This document shows positions 57,555 to 64,000 of a stretch of DNA of 64,000 nt, piece after piece. Position numbers and translations under genes: made by a program. Origin of the DNA: an uncultured Rickettsiales bacterium (GTDB lineage Bacteria > Myxococcota_A > UBA796 > UBA9615 > CAYRNR01); NCBI GenBank assembly GCA_964558555.1, contig CAZLEO010000002.1, forward strand, positions 14,612-78,611. Reading direction: 5' to 3'. A model generated the notes under the pieces. That model was not told the origin of the DNA and ran no database searches. It was given only the letters and a program-made list of their open reading frames with translations. Position 1 is the stretch's first letter; each line of letters opens with the position of its first letter.

Positions 57555-57910
57555 GGGATCTCCTCCAGCACAACGGTCACGTCCTCGGTGATCACGTGGC
57601 AGAAGTCCCGGTCGACGAACACGTCGGTGAGCACCGCCTCGAACCCGTCCGCGCTGACCTCGATGTCGATGGCGCCGCTGGCCTCCCAGCCGCAGTCCCA
57701 CCGGTCCGAGTGGTCGCTGAACTCGCAGTCCTGGAATTCGGGATCGTCGCTCGATGCGACGAGGTAGCGGACTGCCGCGTCGATCACCACGTCGCCGTGG
57801 ACGTCGACCACGGTCACATGGACGGATTCAACCTCCTCTTCGGTACAGGTGCAGCCGATCCAGACGGCCATGGCGGCGGCGAGCGCCGCGAAAACGCGCA
57901 GATTCGTCAC
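57551..57910 (-). CDS. Small lipoprotein of unknown function
   Basis: GTG start with RBS GGAGGAA. Signal plus lipobox AMAVWIGCTC. 119 aa. Confidence 0.45.
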   Translation of the reverse strand: MTNLRVFAALAAAMAVWIGCTCTEEEVESVHVTVVDVHGDVVIDAAVRYLVASSDDPEFQDCEFSDHSDRWDCGWEASGAIDIEVSADGFEAVLTDVFVDRDFCHVITEDVTVVLEEIP

Positions 57911-57978
57911 GGTTCCTCCTTCGGCCCCTGCCTGGAGGATGTGAGCGAAGCAGGATTCGTGACGATCCGTCGTGCGGC

Positions 57979-58923
57979 TCAGTGCCCGAAGACCAGCTTG
58001 CCCCCCAGCATGCCCAGGCGGGCGGTGAGGGCGTTGCCCACCAGCAGCAGGCCGGTGAAGGCGCCGATCTCGACGACACCGGTGGGGGCCTCGGTCCAGC
58101 CGGCCCAGAAGCGGAAGCCGACGGTGAGGGCGGCGACGACCATCAGCACCCACGACCACAGCTTCTTCTCGGGGAAGATGCCGGTGGTGGTGGAGCCGAA
58201 GCGGTGCCTGGCGTCGGACCAGCCGGAGTAGAAGGTGACCGGCGACACGACCATGGCGATGAGCGCGAGGTAGGTGGTGGTGCGCTCGAGGGAGGCCTCG
58301 CCGGTGATCAGGAAGGCGATCCAGAACAGCAGGGCCAGGGGCAGCGCGCCGTTGGGGAAGTGGGCCGAGACCGGATGCAGGTGGAGGCGCTCGATGAGGC
58401 CGGAGAAGCCCTTGTGGTGGTGGTCGGGGCTCTCGGTCTCGGGCTCGAAGTAGTCCTTGCCCTTGCCGCAGACCGGGCAGACGTCGGGGGGTTCGGGGCC
58501 GTCGTGGATGTAGTTGCAGACCACGCAGCGCCAGCGGTCGGCTTTCACCGGCTTCTTGGGCTCCGGCGTGGGCTCGGCGGCCTTGGCCTTCGGTCGGGCC
58601 GGCGGAGGGTGCTCCTGGCCCTGTTCGTGGGGCACGAACGCGGTCCAGGGTTTGCGGCAGACCGGGCACTCGTCGGGGGGGGAGTCGCCGTGGTGGATGT
58701 AGCGGCAGACGGTGCAGTACCACTGTCGCTCGGTGCTGACGTCCTCGGTCGCCTCGCCCTCGGTGGGCTCCTCGTCCTCGGTGGGCTCGTCGTCCTGAGT
58801 GGGCTCCTCGTCCTCTTCCTCGACCGGCTCGAAGAACTCCTTGCCCTTCTTGCACACGGGGCAGATGTCGGGGGGCTCGTCGCCTTCGTGGACGTACTTG
58901 CAGATCGTGCAGATCCACTTCAT
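57979..58923 (-). CDS. Triple-rubredoxin fusion protein with C-terminal 4-TM membrane domain
   Basis: Three Fe(Cys)4 rubredoxin modules: WICTICKYVH...DICPVCKKGK, WYCTVCRYIH...DECPVCRKPW and WRCVVCNYIH...DVCPVCGKGK. They are separated by acidic or Pro/Lys linkers. A hydrophobic domain with HLHPVSAHFP follows. Confidence 0.75.
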   Translation of the reverse strand: MKWICTICKYVHEGDEPPDICPVCKKGKEFFEPVEEEDEEPTQDDEPTEDEEPTEGEATEDVSTERQWYCTVCRYIHHGDSPPDECPVCRKPWTAFVPHEQGQEHPPPARPKAKAAEPTPEPKKPVKADRWRCVVCNYIHDGPEPPDVCPVCGKGKDYFEPETESPDHHHKGFSGLIERLHLHPVSAHFPNGALPLALLFWIAFLITGEASLERTTTYLALIAMVVSPVTFYSGWSDARHRFGSTTTGIFPEKKLWSWVLMVVAALTVGFRFWAGWTEAPTGVVEIGAFTGLLLVGNALTARLGMLGGKLVFGH

Positions 58924-58933
58924 CGGACCGCTC

Positions 58934-59806
58934 CTAGATGAACTCGGACTTGATGGCCTCGTACGCCTCGTCGGGAAGCGGCCGCAGGCCGCGCTCGACC
59001 AGCGGGCCGTCGGCCAGGGCGGGGAGCTGGGACTCGTAGCTCGGCGCCTCGGCGTCGCGGTAGAGCACGCCCACGGGGATGCGATCGCCCCACTCGAGGG
59101 CCTTGCCCATGGCCGCGCCGAGGTCGGAGGTGTCGTAGCCCTCCTCCTCGTCGAGCTTGTACACGCGCTGGCGGTACCAGGGGTAGCTGAGCGCAGGGTT
59201 GAAGGTGACGCAGACCTGCAGGGTGTCGATCAGGGCGTAGCCCGGGTGGTCCATGGCCTGGCGGATCAGATCGGCGAAGTGGGCCATGTCCAGGGGGAAG
59301 GCGCGGGCCACGAAGGTGGCGCCGGCGGCCAGGGCGACGCTGAGGGGGTTGATGGGCTGGTCGACGGCGCCCTCGGGGGAGGTCTTGGAGACGAACCCGG
59401 CGGGGCTGGTGGGGGAGTACTGGCCCTTGGTCAGGCCGTACACGCGGTTGTTCTGGACCAGGTCCACCAGGCCGATGTTGCGGCGGGCGGCGTGGATGAA
59501 GTGGTTGCCGCCCATGCCGTAGCCGTCGCCGTCGCCGTGCACGACCAGGACCTTCATGCCGTGGTTGGCCAGGCGGACACCGGTGGCCACGGCCACGGCG
59601 CGGCCGTGCAGGGTGTGGAACCCGTTGACCTTCATGTAGTGGGGCATCTTCGAGCCGCAGCCGATGCCGGAGATGAGCTGGACCTGGTGGGGGGCCACGT
59701 CGGCCTCGGCCAGCGCGCGCTTGAGCGCGGCGAGGATGCCGAAGTTGCCGCAACCGGGACACCAGGTGGGGTCCATGGACCCCTGGTAGTCGTTGGCGGT
59801 GACCAT
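58934..59806 (-). CDS. korB: 2-oxoacid:ferredoxin oxidoreductase beta subunit (TPP-binding, KorB-like)
   Basis: WCPGCGNFGIL...GIGCGSKMPHY...VVHGDGDGYGMGGNHFIHAARRN carries the TPP-binding GDG motif and Cys ligands. RBS GAGGAGG. Confidence 0.85.
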   Translation of the reverse strand: MVTANDYQGSMDPTWCPGCGNFGILAALKRALAEADVAPHQVQLISGIGCGSKMPHYMKVNGFHTLHGRAVAVATGVRLANHGMKVLVVHGDGDGYGMGGNHFIHAARRNIGLVDLVQNNRVYGLTKGQYSPTSPAGFVSKTSPEGAVDQPINPLSVALAAGATFVARAFPLDMAHFADLIRQAMDHPGYALIDTLQVCVTFNPALSYPWYRQRVYKLDEEEGYDTSDLGAAMGKALEWGDRIPVGVLYRDAEAPSYESQLPALADGPLVERGLRPLPDEAYEAIKSEFI

Positions 59807-59808
59807 GT

Positions 59809-61557
59809 TCACACCTCCTCGGAGAGCCGGCCGACGATGAAGTCGGCGGACAGGGGACGGCCGTCCCACTTGAGGACCTCGCCCTCGAACGTGCAGCCGA
59901 GCTCGCTGCGCAGGACGGACGCCAGCTGGCCCGTGGAGTTGCCCTCCACGGCGACCAGCCGCCCGGCCTTGACCAGCTCGTCCAGCGCGGCGTCCCGGTC
60001 CAGGGGCCACAGGTCGGCGAACTGCAGCACGTTGACCGATCCGCCGCCGGCGTTGATCTGCGCGGCGGCCTCGCGGGCGGGGCCGGTGGTGCCGCCCCAG
60101 CACACCAGGGTCGTGTCGGCGTCCTCGGGGCCGTGCCAGACGGGCGCTCTCATCTCTGCCGCGGCTGCGGCCAGCTTGCTCATGCGCTTGTACTGCTGCG
60201 TGGTGCGGGTCTCGGCGTCCTCGGTGAGGGCGCCGGCGGTGGTGTGCTCGTTGCCGGTGATCGTGAACACGGCCCTGGGGTGGCCGGGCAGGGCCCGCGG
60301 CGACACGCCGGTGTTCGTCACCTCGTAGCGCACGTAGGGCACATCCAGCTCGTCCAGGGCCGCCGCGTCCAGCAGGGAGCCGCGGTCGATGTGGACCTTC
60401 GACACGTCGAACACGTCGGTCTCCACGGTGCGGATGGACGTGGCGAGGTAGTGCTCGGTGAGCACGATGACCGGGCACTGATACTGCTCGGCGAGGTTGA
60501 ACGCCCGCCAGCCCGCCTCGAAGCACTCCTCGATGGTGCCGGGGGCGAGCAGGATGCGCGGGAACTCCCCGTGGCCCGCGTGCAGGGCGAACTTCAGGTC
60601 TGCCTGCTCGGTGCGGGTGGCCAGGCCGGTGGCCGGGCCCGGGCGCTGGGCCAGGACGATCACCGCCGGGGTCTCGCTCATCCCGGCCAGGCTGAGCGCC
60701 TCGACCATCAGCGAGAAGCCGCCGCCCGACGTGGAGGTCATGGCGCGTGCGCCCATGTGGGCCGCGCCGACGACCATGTTCATCGCCGAGATCTCGTCCT
60801 CGGTGTGCTTGACCACGACGCCGTGGCTGGCGCCCTTGCCCGCGAGCCACTCGAAGATGGAGGTGCCCGGGGTCATGGGGTAGGCCGCGAGGAAGCTGCA
60901 GCCCCCGACCAGGGCGCCGTAGGCCAGGGCGTGGTTGCCGTCGATCAACATCCGCTCGGGCGGGTCGTCCTGGGCGCGCAGCCGGTACTCGAACCCCTCG
61001 GCGTGGTGCTCGGCGCCGTACTCGTAGGCGGCCCTGGCCACGGCGCGGTTGGCCTCGATGACCTTGTCGCCCTTCTTCTTGAACTGCCGCGCGAGGGTGT
61101 CCAGCAGCGGCTCGATGGGATAGCGGAACACCGCCGCGGCCACGGCCACGGACGCGGCCCCGGCCATGACGGGCCTGCCGCCGATCTCCTTGGCGATCTT
61201 GATCAGCGGCGCGGGCATCGCCCGGACGCCGCGCGACTCCAGGGCCGCGACGTCCACCTCGAGGTCCTCGTCGTAGATCACGCCGCCACCGGGCACGATC
61301 TGGTCGGCGAAGCGACCCACGGCCTCGGGGGTCTGCGCGAGCAGCAGGTGGATGTGGTGGCCGTGCGCGTGCACCGGGTCCTCGTCCACGTCCATGCGGT
61401 AGAAGTTGAGGCCGCCGCGGATGCGGGACTCGTAGTCCTTGCGGCCGAACACGTGCAGGCCGCCCCGCGCCAGGGTGCGGGCCAGCAGCGCGCCGTTGGA
61501 CTCGACCCCCTGGCCGGCCTGGCCGGCGAACTTGATGGCGATTCTCTGTTCCGTCAT
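59809..61557 (-). CDS. korA: 2-oxoacid:ferredoxin oxidoreductase alpha subunit (KorA-like)
   Basis: 582-aa OFOR alpha/gamma fusion typical of two-subunit KorAB enzymes (AYPMTPGTSIFEWLA, GGGFSLMVEALSLAGMSETPAVIVLAQRPGPATG). Confidence 0.85.
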   Translation of the reverse strand: MTEQRIAIKFAGQAGQGVESNGALLARTLARGGLHVFGRKDYESRIRGGLNFYRMDVDEDPVHAHGHHIHLLLAQTPEAVGRFADQIVPGGGVIYDEDLEVDVAALESRGVRAMPAPLIKIAKEIGGRPVMAGAASVAVAAAVFRYPIEPLLDTLARQFKKKGDKVIEANRAVARAAYEYGAEHHAEGFEYRLRAQDDPPERMLIDGNHALAYGALVGGCSFLAAYPMTPGTSIFEWLAGKGASHGVVVKHTEDEISAMNMVVGAAHMGARAMTSTSGGGFSLMVEALSLAGMSETPAVIVLAQRPGPATGLATRTEQADLKFALHAGHGEFPRILLAPGTIEECFEAGWRAFNLAEQYQCPVIVLTEHYLATSIRTVETDVFDVSKVHIDRGSLLDAAALDELDVPYVRYEVTNTGVSPRALPGHPRAVFTITGNEHTTAGALTEDAETRTTQQYKRMSKLAAAAAEMRAPVWHGPEDADTTLVCWGGTTGPAREAAAQINAGGGSVNVLQFADLWPLDRDAALDELVKAGRLVAVEGNSTGQLASVLRSELGCTFEGEVLKWDGRPLSADFIVGRLSEEV

Positions 61558-61597
61558 CGAATACCTCGATTCTTCGCCTCGACGCCGGGCAGTCTAT

Positions 61598-61612
61598 GCA
61601 GATTCGGTGCCA
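61598..61612 (-). promoter_or_regulatory. Candidate sigma-54 promoter upstream of korA
   Basis: The minus strand reads TGGCACCGAATCTGC: a perfect -24 TGGCAC, and CTGC at -12 (1 mismatch to TTGC), with correct GG-N10-GC spacing. It lies ~40 nt upstream of the korA start. Confidence 0.5.
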
Positions 61613-61815
61613 TTGTCTGCAGACCGGTCGCCTCGGCTGGCGTGCACCGGAGGGAGCCTCCCGCGGAGAGCCGGTGGGACAGGTGGCGGTGTCTCCTGAG
61701 ACATCACACCGTTCGCGAGACAGGCCGACGAGGCGGGTCGTCGCGGCTCGAAGATCGCGTCAAGGGCTCGACGTGCAACGCCCGCCAGGGGTTCTGGCGA
61801 CCCTCTCGCCCCCGT

Positions 61816-61831
61816 TGGTACGGACCTTGCT
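61816..61831 (+). promoter_or_regulatory. Candidate sigma-54 promoter upstream of the erythrin-like gene pair
   Basis: TGGTACGGACCTTGCT against TGGCAC-N5-TTGCW: 1 mismatch, perfect -12, correct spacing. About 60 nt upstream of ATG 61894. Confidence 0.5.
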
Positions 61832-61893
61832 ATTCTCTCGTCTCGTCCCCACGGCGGACGGTCGCTGCGGGAGATCGACAAGAGGGAGCAGCG

Positions 61894-62388
61894 ATGGCTC
61901 AGAGCTTCAACATCGACGAGATCCTGCAGATGGCCACCCAGATCGAGCGCAACGGCGGCAAGTTCTACCGCCTGGCCGCCGATCTGACCGACGACGAGCC
62001 GGTCAGGCAGACCCTGACCATGCTCGCGCAGATGGAGGACGACCACGAGGTCACCTTCGAGTCCATGCGCGAGTCGGGCGACTTCTCCGGCTTCGACGAG
62101 TTCGATCTCGACGGCCAGGCGGGCGCCTACCTGCAGGCGGTCGCGGACGGGTACGTCTTCGACGTCAACGAGGACCCGGCCGACGTGCTGGCGGGCAACC
62201 CCGACGCCCTGCGCATCCTGCGCATCGCCATCGGCCGGGAGAAGGACGCGGTCACGCTGTTCGCCGGCCTCAAGGAGGCCATGCCCAGCACCTGGGGACA
62301 GGACAAGGTCGACGCCATCATCCGCGAGGAGCTGTCCCACATCGCCATCCTCAGCAACGAGATCCGCCAATTGAAGGAGCGCAACTGA
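61894..62388 (+). CDS. Ferritin-like/rubrerythrin-family di-iron four-helix-bundle protein (erythrin-like, no rubredoxin domain)
   Basis: Di-iron ligand pattern E(IERNGGKFY)...ExxH(MEDDHE)...E(GREKDAV)...ExxH(EELSHI). RBS GAGGGAG. Confidence 0.65.
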   Translation: MAQSFNIDEILQMATQIERNGGKFYRLAADLTDDEPVRQTLTMLAQMEDDHEVTFESMRESGDFSGFDEFDLDGQAGAYLQAVADGYVFDVNEDPADVLAGNPDALRILRIAIGREKDAVTLFAGLKEAMPSTWGQDKVDAIIREELSHIAILSNEIRQLKERN

Positions 62389-62915
62389 TGTCCGATACGC
62401 CTACCTTTGGTCAGATCGTGGCCACCGCCCTGGAGATGGAGGGCAAGGGTCGAAGGTTCTATGCAGAGCAGCTCACCAAGTGCGGCAACGCCTTGACCAA
62501 GGAGCTGTTCCAGCGGCTGCACGACGACGAGATCGAGCACGTGCGCCGCATCAAGAACATCGTGGCGTCCCTGGACGCGGGTGTGAGCCTCGACGGCGTC
62601 GAGTTCGGCGATCCCGACGAGGACGACCTCGGTTCGTTCTTCCGCACCATGGCCCGCAAGCACGGCGCCAGCGTGGACGACCAGACCGTGGACGTGGAGG
62701 CGGTGGAGATCGGCATCGACTTCGAGCAGCGGGCGGTGACCTTCTACAAGGACCGCCTGGAGATCTCCACGGATCCGGCCGAGCGCAGATTCCTCCAGGC
62801 CATGGTCACCGAGGAGCGGGGCCACCACGCCACGCTGCGCGATCTGAAGTTCTACCTCACCGATCCCGAGGGGTACTTCGCCGAGCTCGAGCGCGCCGGC
62901 CTCGACGGCGCGTGA
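62388..62915 (+). CDS. Ferritin-like/rubrerythrin-family di-iron protein, paralog 2
   Basis: E(LEMEGKGRRFY)...ExxH(DEIEHV)...E(DFEQRAV)...ExxH(EERGHH). Start overlaps the upstream stop (TGATG). Confidence 0.65.
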   Translation: MSDTPTFGQIVATALEMEGKGRRFYAEQLTKCGNALTKELFQRLHDDEIEHVRRIKNIVASLDAGVSLDGVEFGDPDEDDLGSFFRTMARKHGASVDDQTVDVEAVEIGIDFEQRAVTFYKDRLEISTDPAERRFLQAMVTEERGHHATLRDLKFYLTDPEGYFAELERAGLDGA

Positions 62916-62925
62916 GCGATTCCCG

Positions 62926-63993
62926 TCAGGAACGCTCGGGGACCCTCGCCTCGGTCGGAAGGATGGGCATGATCTTGATGCCCACCACGAACAGCAACCC
63001 GACGAAACCGAAGACGCCCAGCGCCTGGAGGAACTCCAGGAAGGTGGGCGTGTAGGTGGCGACCCCTTCCACGGCCGTGTAGGCGGCGAACTCCGCGGGT
63101 GTGGGCACGATCTCCATGCCGGGGAACAGGTCGGCGGGGTGGATCAGGCCCGGGATCACGATGACGTAGCGCTCGCACAGCACGCCGAACACCACCATGG
63201 AGCCGGCGACGACCACGCCTCGCACCGTCTTGCCGTAGCGGCTGAAGAGGATGAACAGCGGCGTGACGAATCCGACCAGGAACATCCCGCCCCAGAACAA
63301 GAAGCCGTGGAAGCCCTCGAACAGGTAGTGAATCGCGGCCTCCCGGGACCCGATCATGTAGAAGCGATGGAGGTTCTCGATCAGGATGAGGTACAGCACC
63401 ACGATGATGAACACGCTCATCAGCCGGCCCAGCCAGATCACCAGCTGGTCGTCCAGGTGCCGCTTCGTCAGCCTGAACAGCACCACGAACAGCACGATGA
63501 TGAACCCCGCGCCGGACGCCAGGGCCGCGGCCACGAAGCTCGGCGGCAGCAGCGGCGACGTGTACAGCTCCCGGGGTACGAAGCCGAAGATCGCGGCCGT
63601 GCCGCTGTGCACCATGATGGCCCAGCCCACGACCACGTAGGCCGACACCTTGGTCAGCCGCGGCATCTCCCGGAGCAGGGCGAACAGGTAGACGACGCAC
63701 AGGAAGATGTGCCCACCGTACAGTCCGGGATTGATGGAGAACATCGACAGCAGGTTGAAGTGCACGAAGGGCTCGATGAAGAACCGATCGAGCCGCCCCT
63801 GATCCGTGGTGATGGACAGCAGCCCCGCGATCAGGAAGAGCATCGCCATGAAGGCGGCGAGCCGGGCGAAGGGCTTGTAGTCGAGCTTGCCGAAGACCCC
63901 GTAGAGGCCCGACACGATCAGCGATCCTGCCGACAGCCCGATGTAGTAGATCGCCAGGATGATCTGCAGCCCCCACGCCGCGCGGTTGGTCAT
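62926..63993 (-). CDS. NrfD/PsrC-family polytopic membrane protein
   Basis: Start MTNRAAWGLQIIL at the window edge. About 9 TM helices with NrfD-like topology. Partner subunits presumably lie beyond the window. Confidence 0.6.
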   Translation of the reverse strand: MTNRAAWGLQIILAIYYIGLSAGSLIVSGLYGVFGKLDYKPFARLAAFMAMLFLIAGLLSITTDQGRLDRFFIEPFVHFNLLSMFSINPGLYGGHIFLCVVYLFALLREMPRLTKVSAYVVVGWAIMVHSGTAAIFGFVPRELYTSPLLPPSFVAAALASGAGFIIVLFVVLFRLTKRHLDDQLVIWLGRLMSVFIIVVLYLILIENLHRFYMIGSREAAIHYLFEGFHGFLFWGGMFLVGFVTPLFILFSRYGKTVRGVVVAGSMVVFGVLCERYVIVIPGLIHPADLFPGMEIVPTPAEFAAYTAVEGVATYTPTFLEFLQALGVFGFVGLLFVVGIKIMPILPTEARVPERS

Positions 63994-64000
63994 CCCCGTG

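Noticed and set aside
1-64000. Mobile elements, prophage or genomic-island signatures
   Set aside because: No transposase, integrase or recombinase. No terminal inverted repeats or tRNA-adjacent attachment sites. The only compositional anomaly is the 135-bp AT-rich promoter island at 29601-29735.

Overview
This is a high-GC (~68-70% by eye), gene-dense bacterial chromosomal segment with about 50 protein-coding genes on both strands. Many genes overlap at TGATG or ATGA start/stop junctions, and convergent gene ends overlap. I found no rRNA, tRNA, CRISPR array, transposase or integrase. The gene content suggests a Myxococcota or Anaeromyxobacter-like organism, but that is inference only. Reading left to right: (1) A PAS sensor kinase, a stand-alone receiver and a divergent zinc-ribbon protein with an acidic tail. 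(2) A lipid-related cluster: lipoprotein, acyl-CoA ligase, PHP-domain lipoprotein and SGNH hydrolase. (3) A CrtI-like oxidoreductase, an FNR-like [2Fe-2S] reductase and a GlpT-like transporter. (4) A Ser/Thr kinase, a cytidylate-kinase-like protein, an unusual Lys/Ala-rich twin zinc-motif protein and an MscS channel. (5) A sigma-54 two-component pair next to a YHS-CzcC-CzcB-CzcA heavy-metal efflux operon that carries a -24/-12 promoter. (6) nadA. (7) An ArsR-regulated PsrABC/PhsABC-type molybdoenzyme followed by split YeeE/YedE sulfur transporter genes. One of these halves carries an in-frame TGA, which may be a selenocysteine codon or a pseudogene. An inactive rhodanese and a DUF302 gene follow. 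(8) Several lipoproteins and membrane proteins. (9) Two tandem ~2000-aa alpha-2-macroglobulin-family paralogs with CSEQ thioester motifs. (10) A sigma-54-driven operon encoding 2-oxoacid:ferredoxin oxidoreductase KorAB plus a triple-rubredoxin membrane fusion protein. It sits divergent from two erythrin-like di-iron proteins, and an NrfD-like gene follows. All domain calls come from motif recognition by eye and are not database hits.
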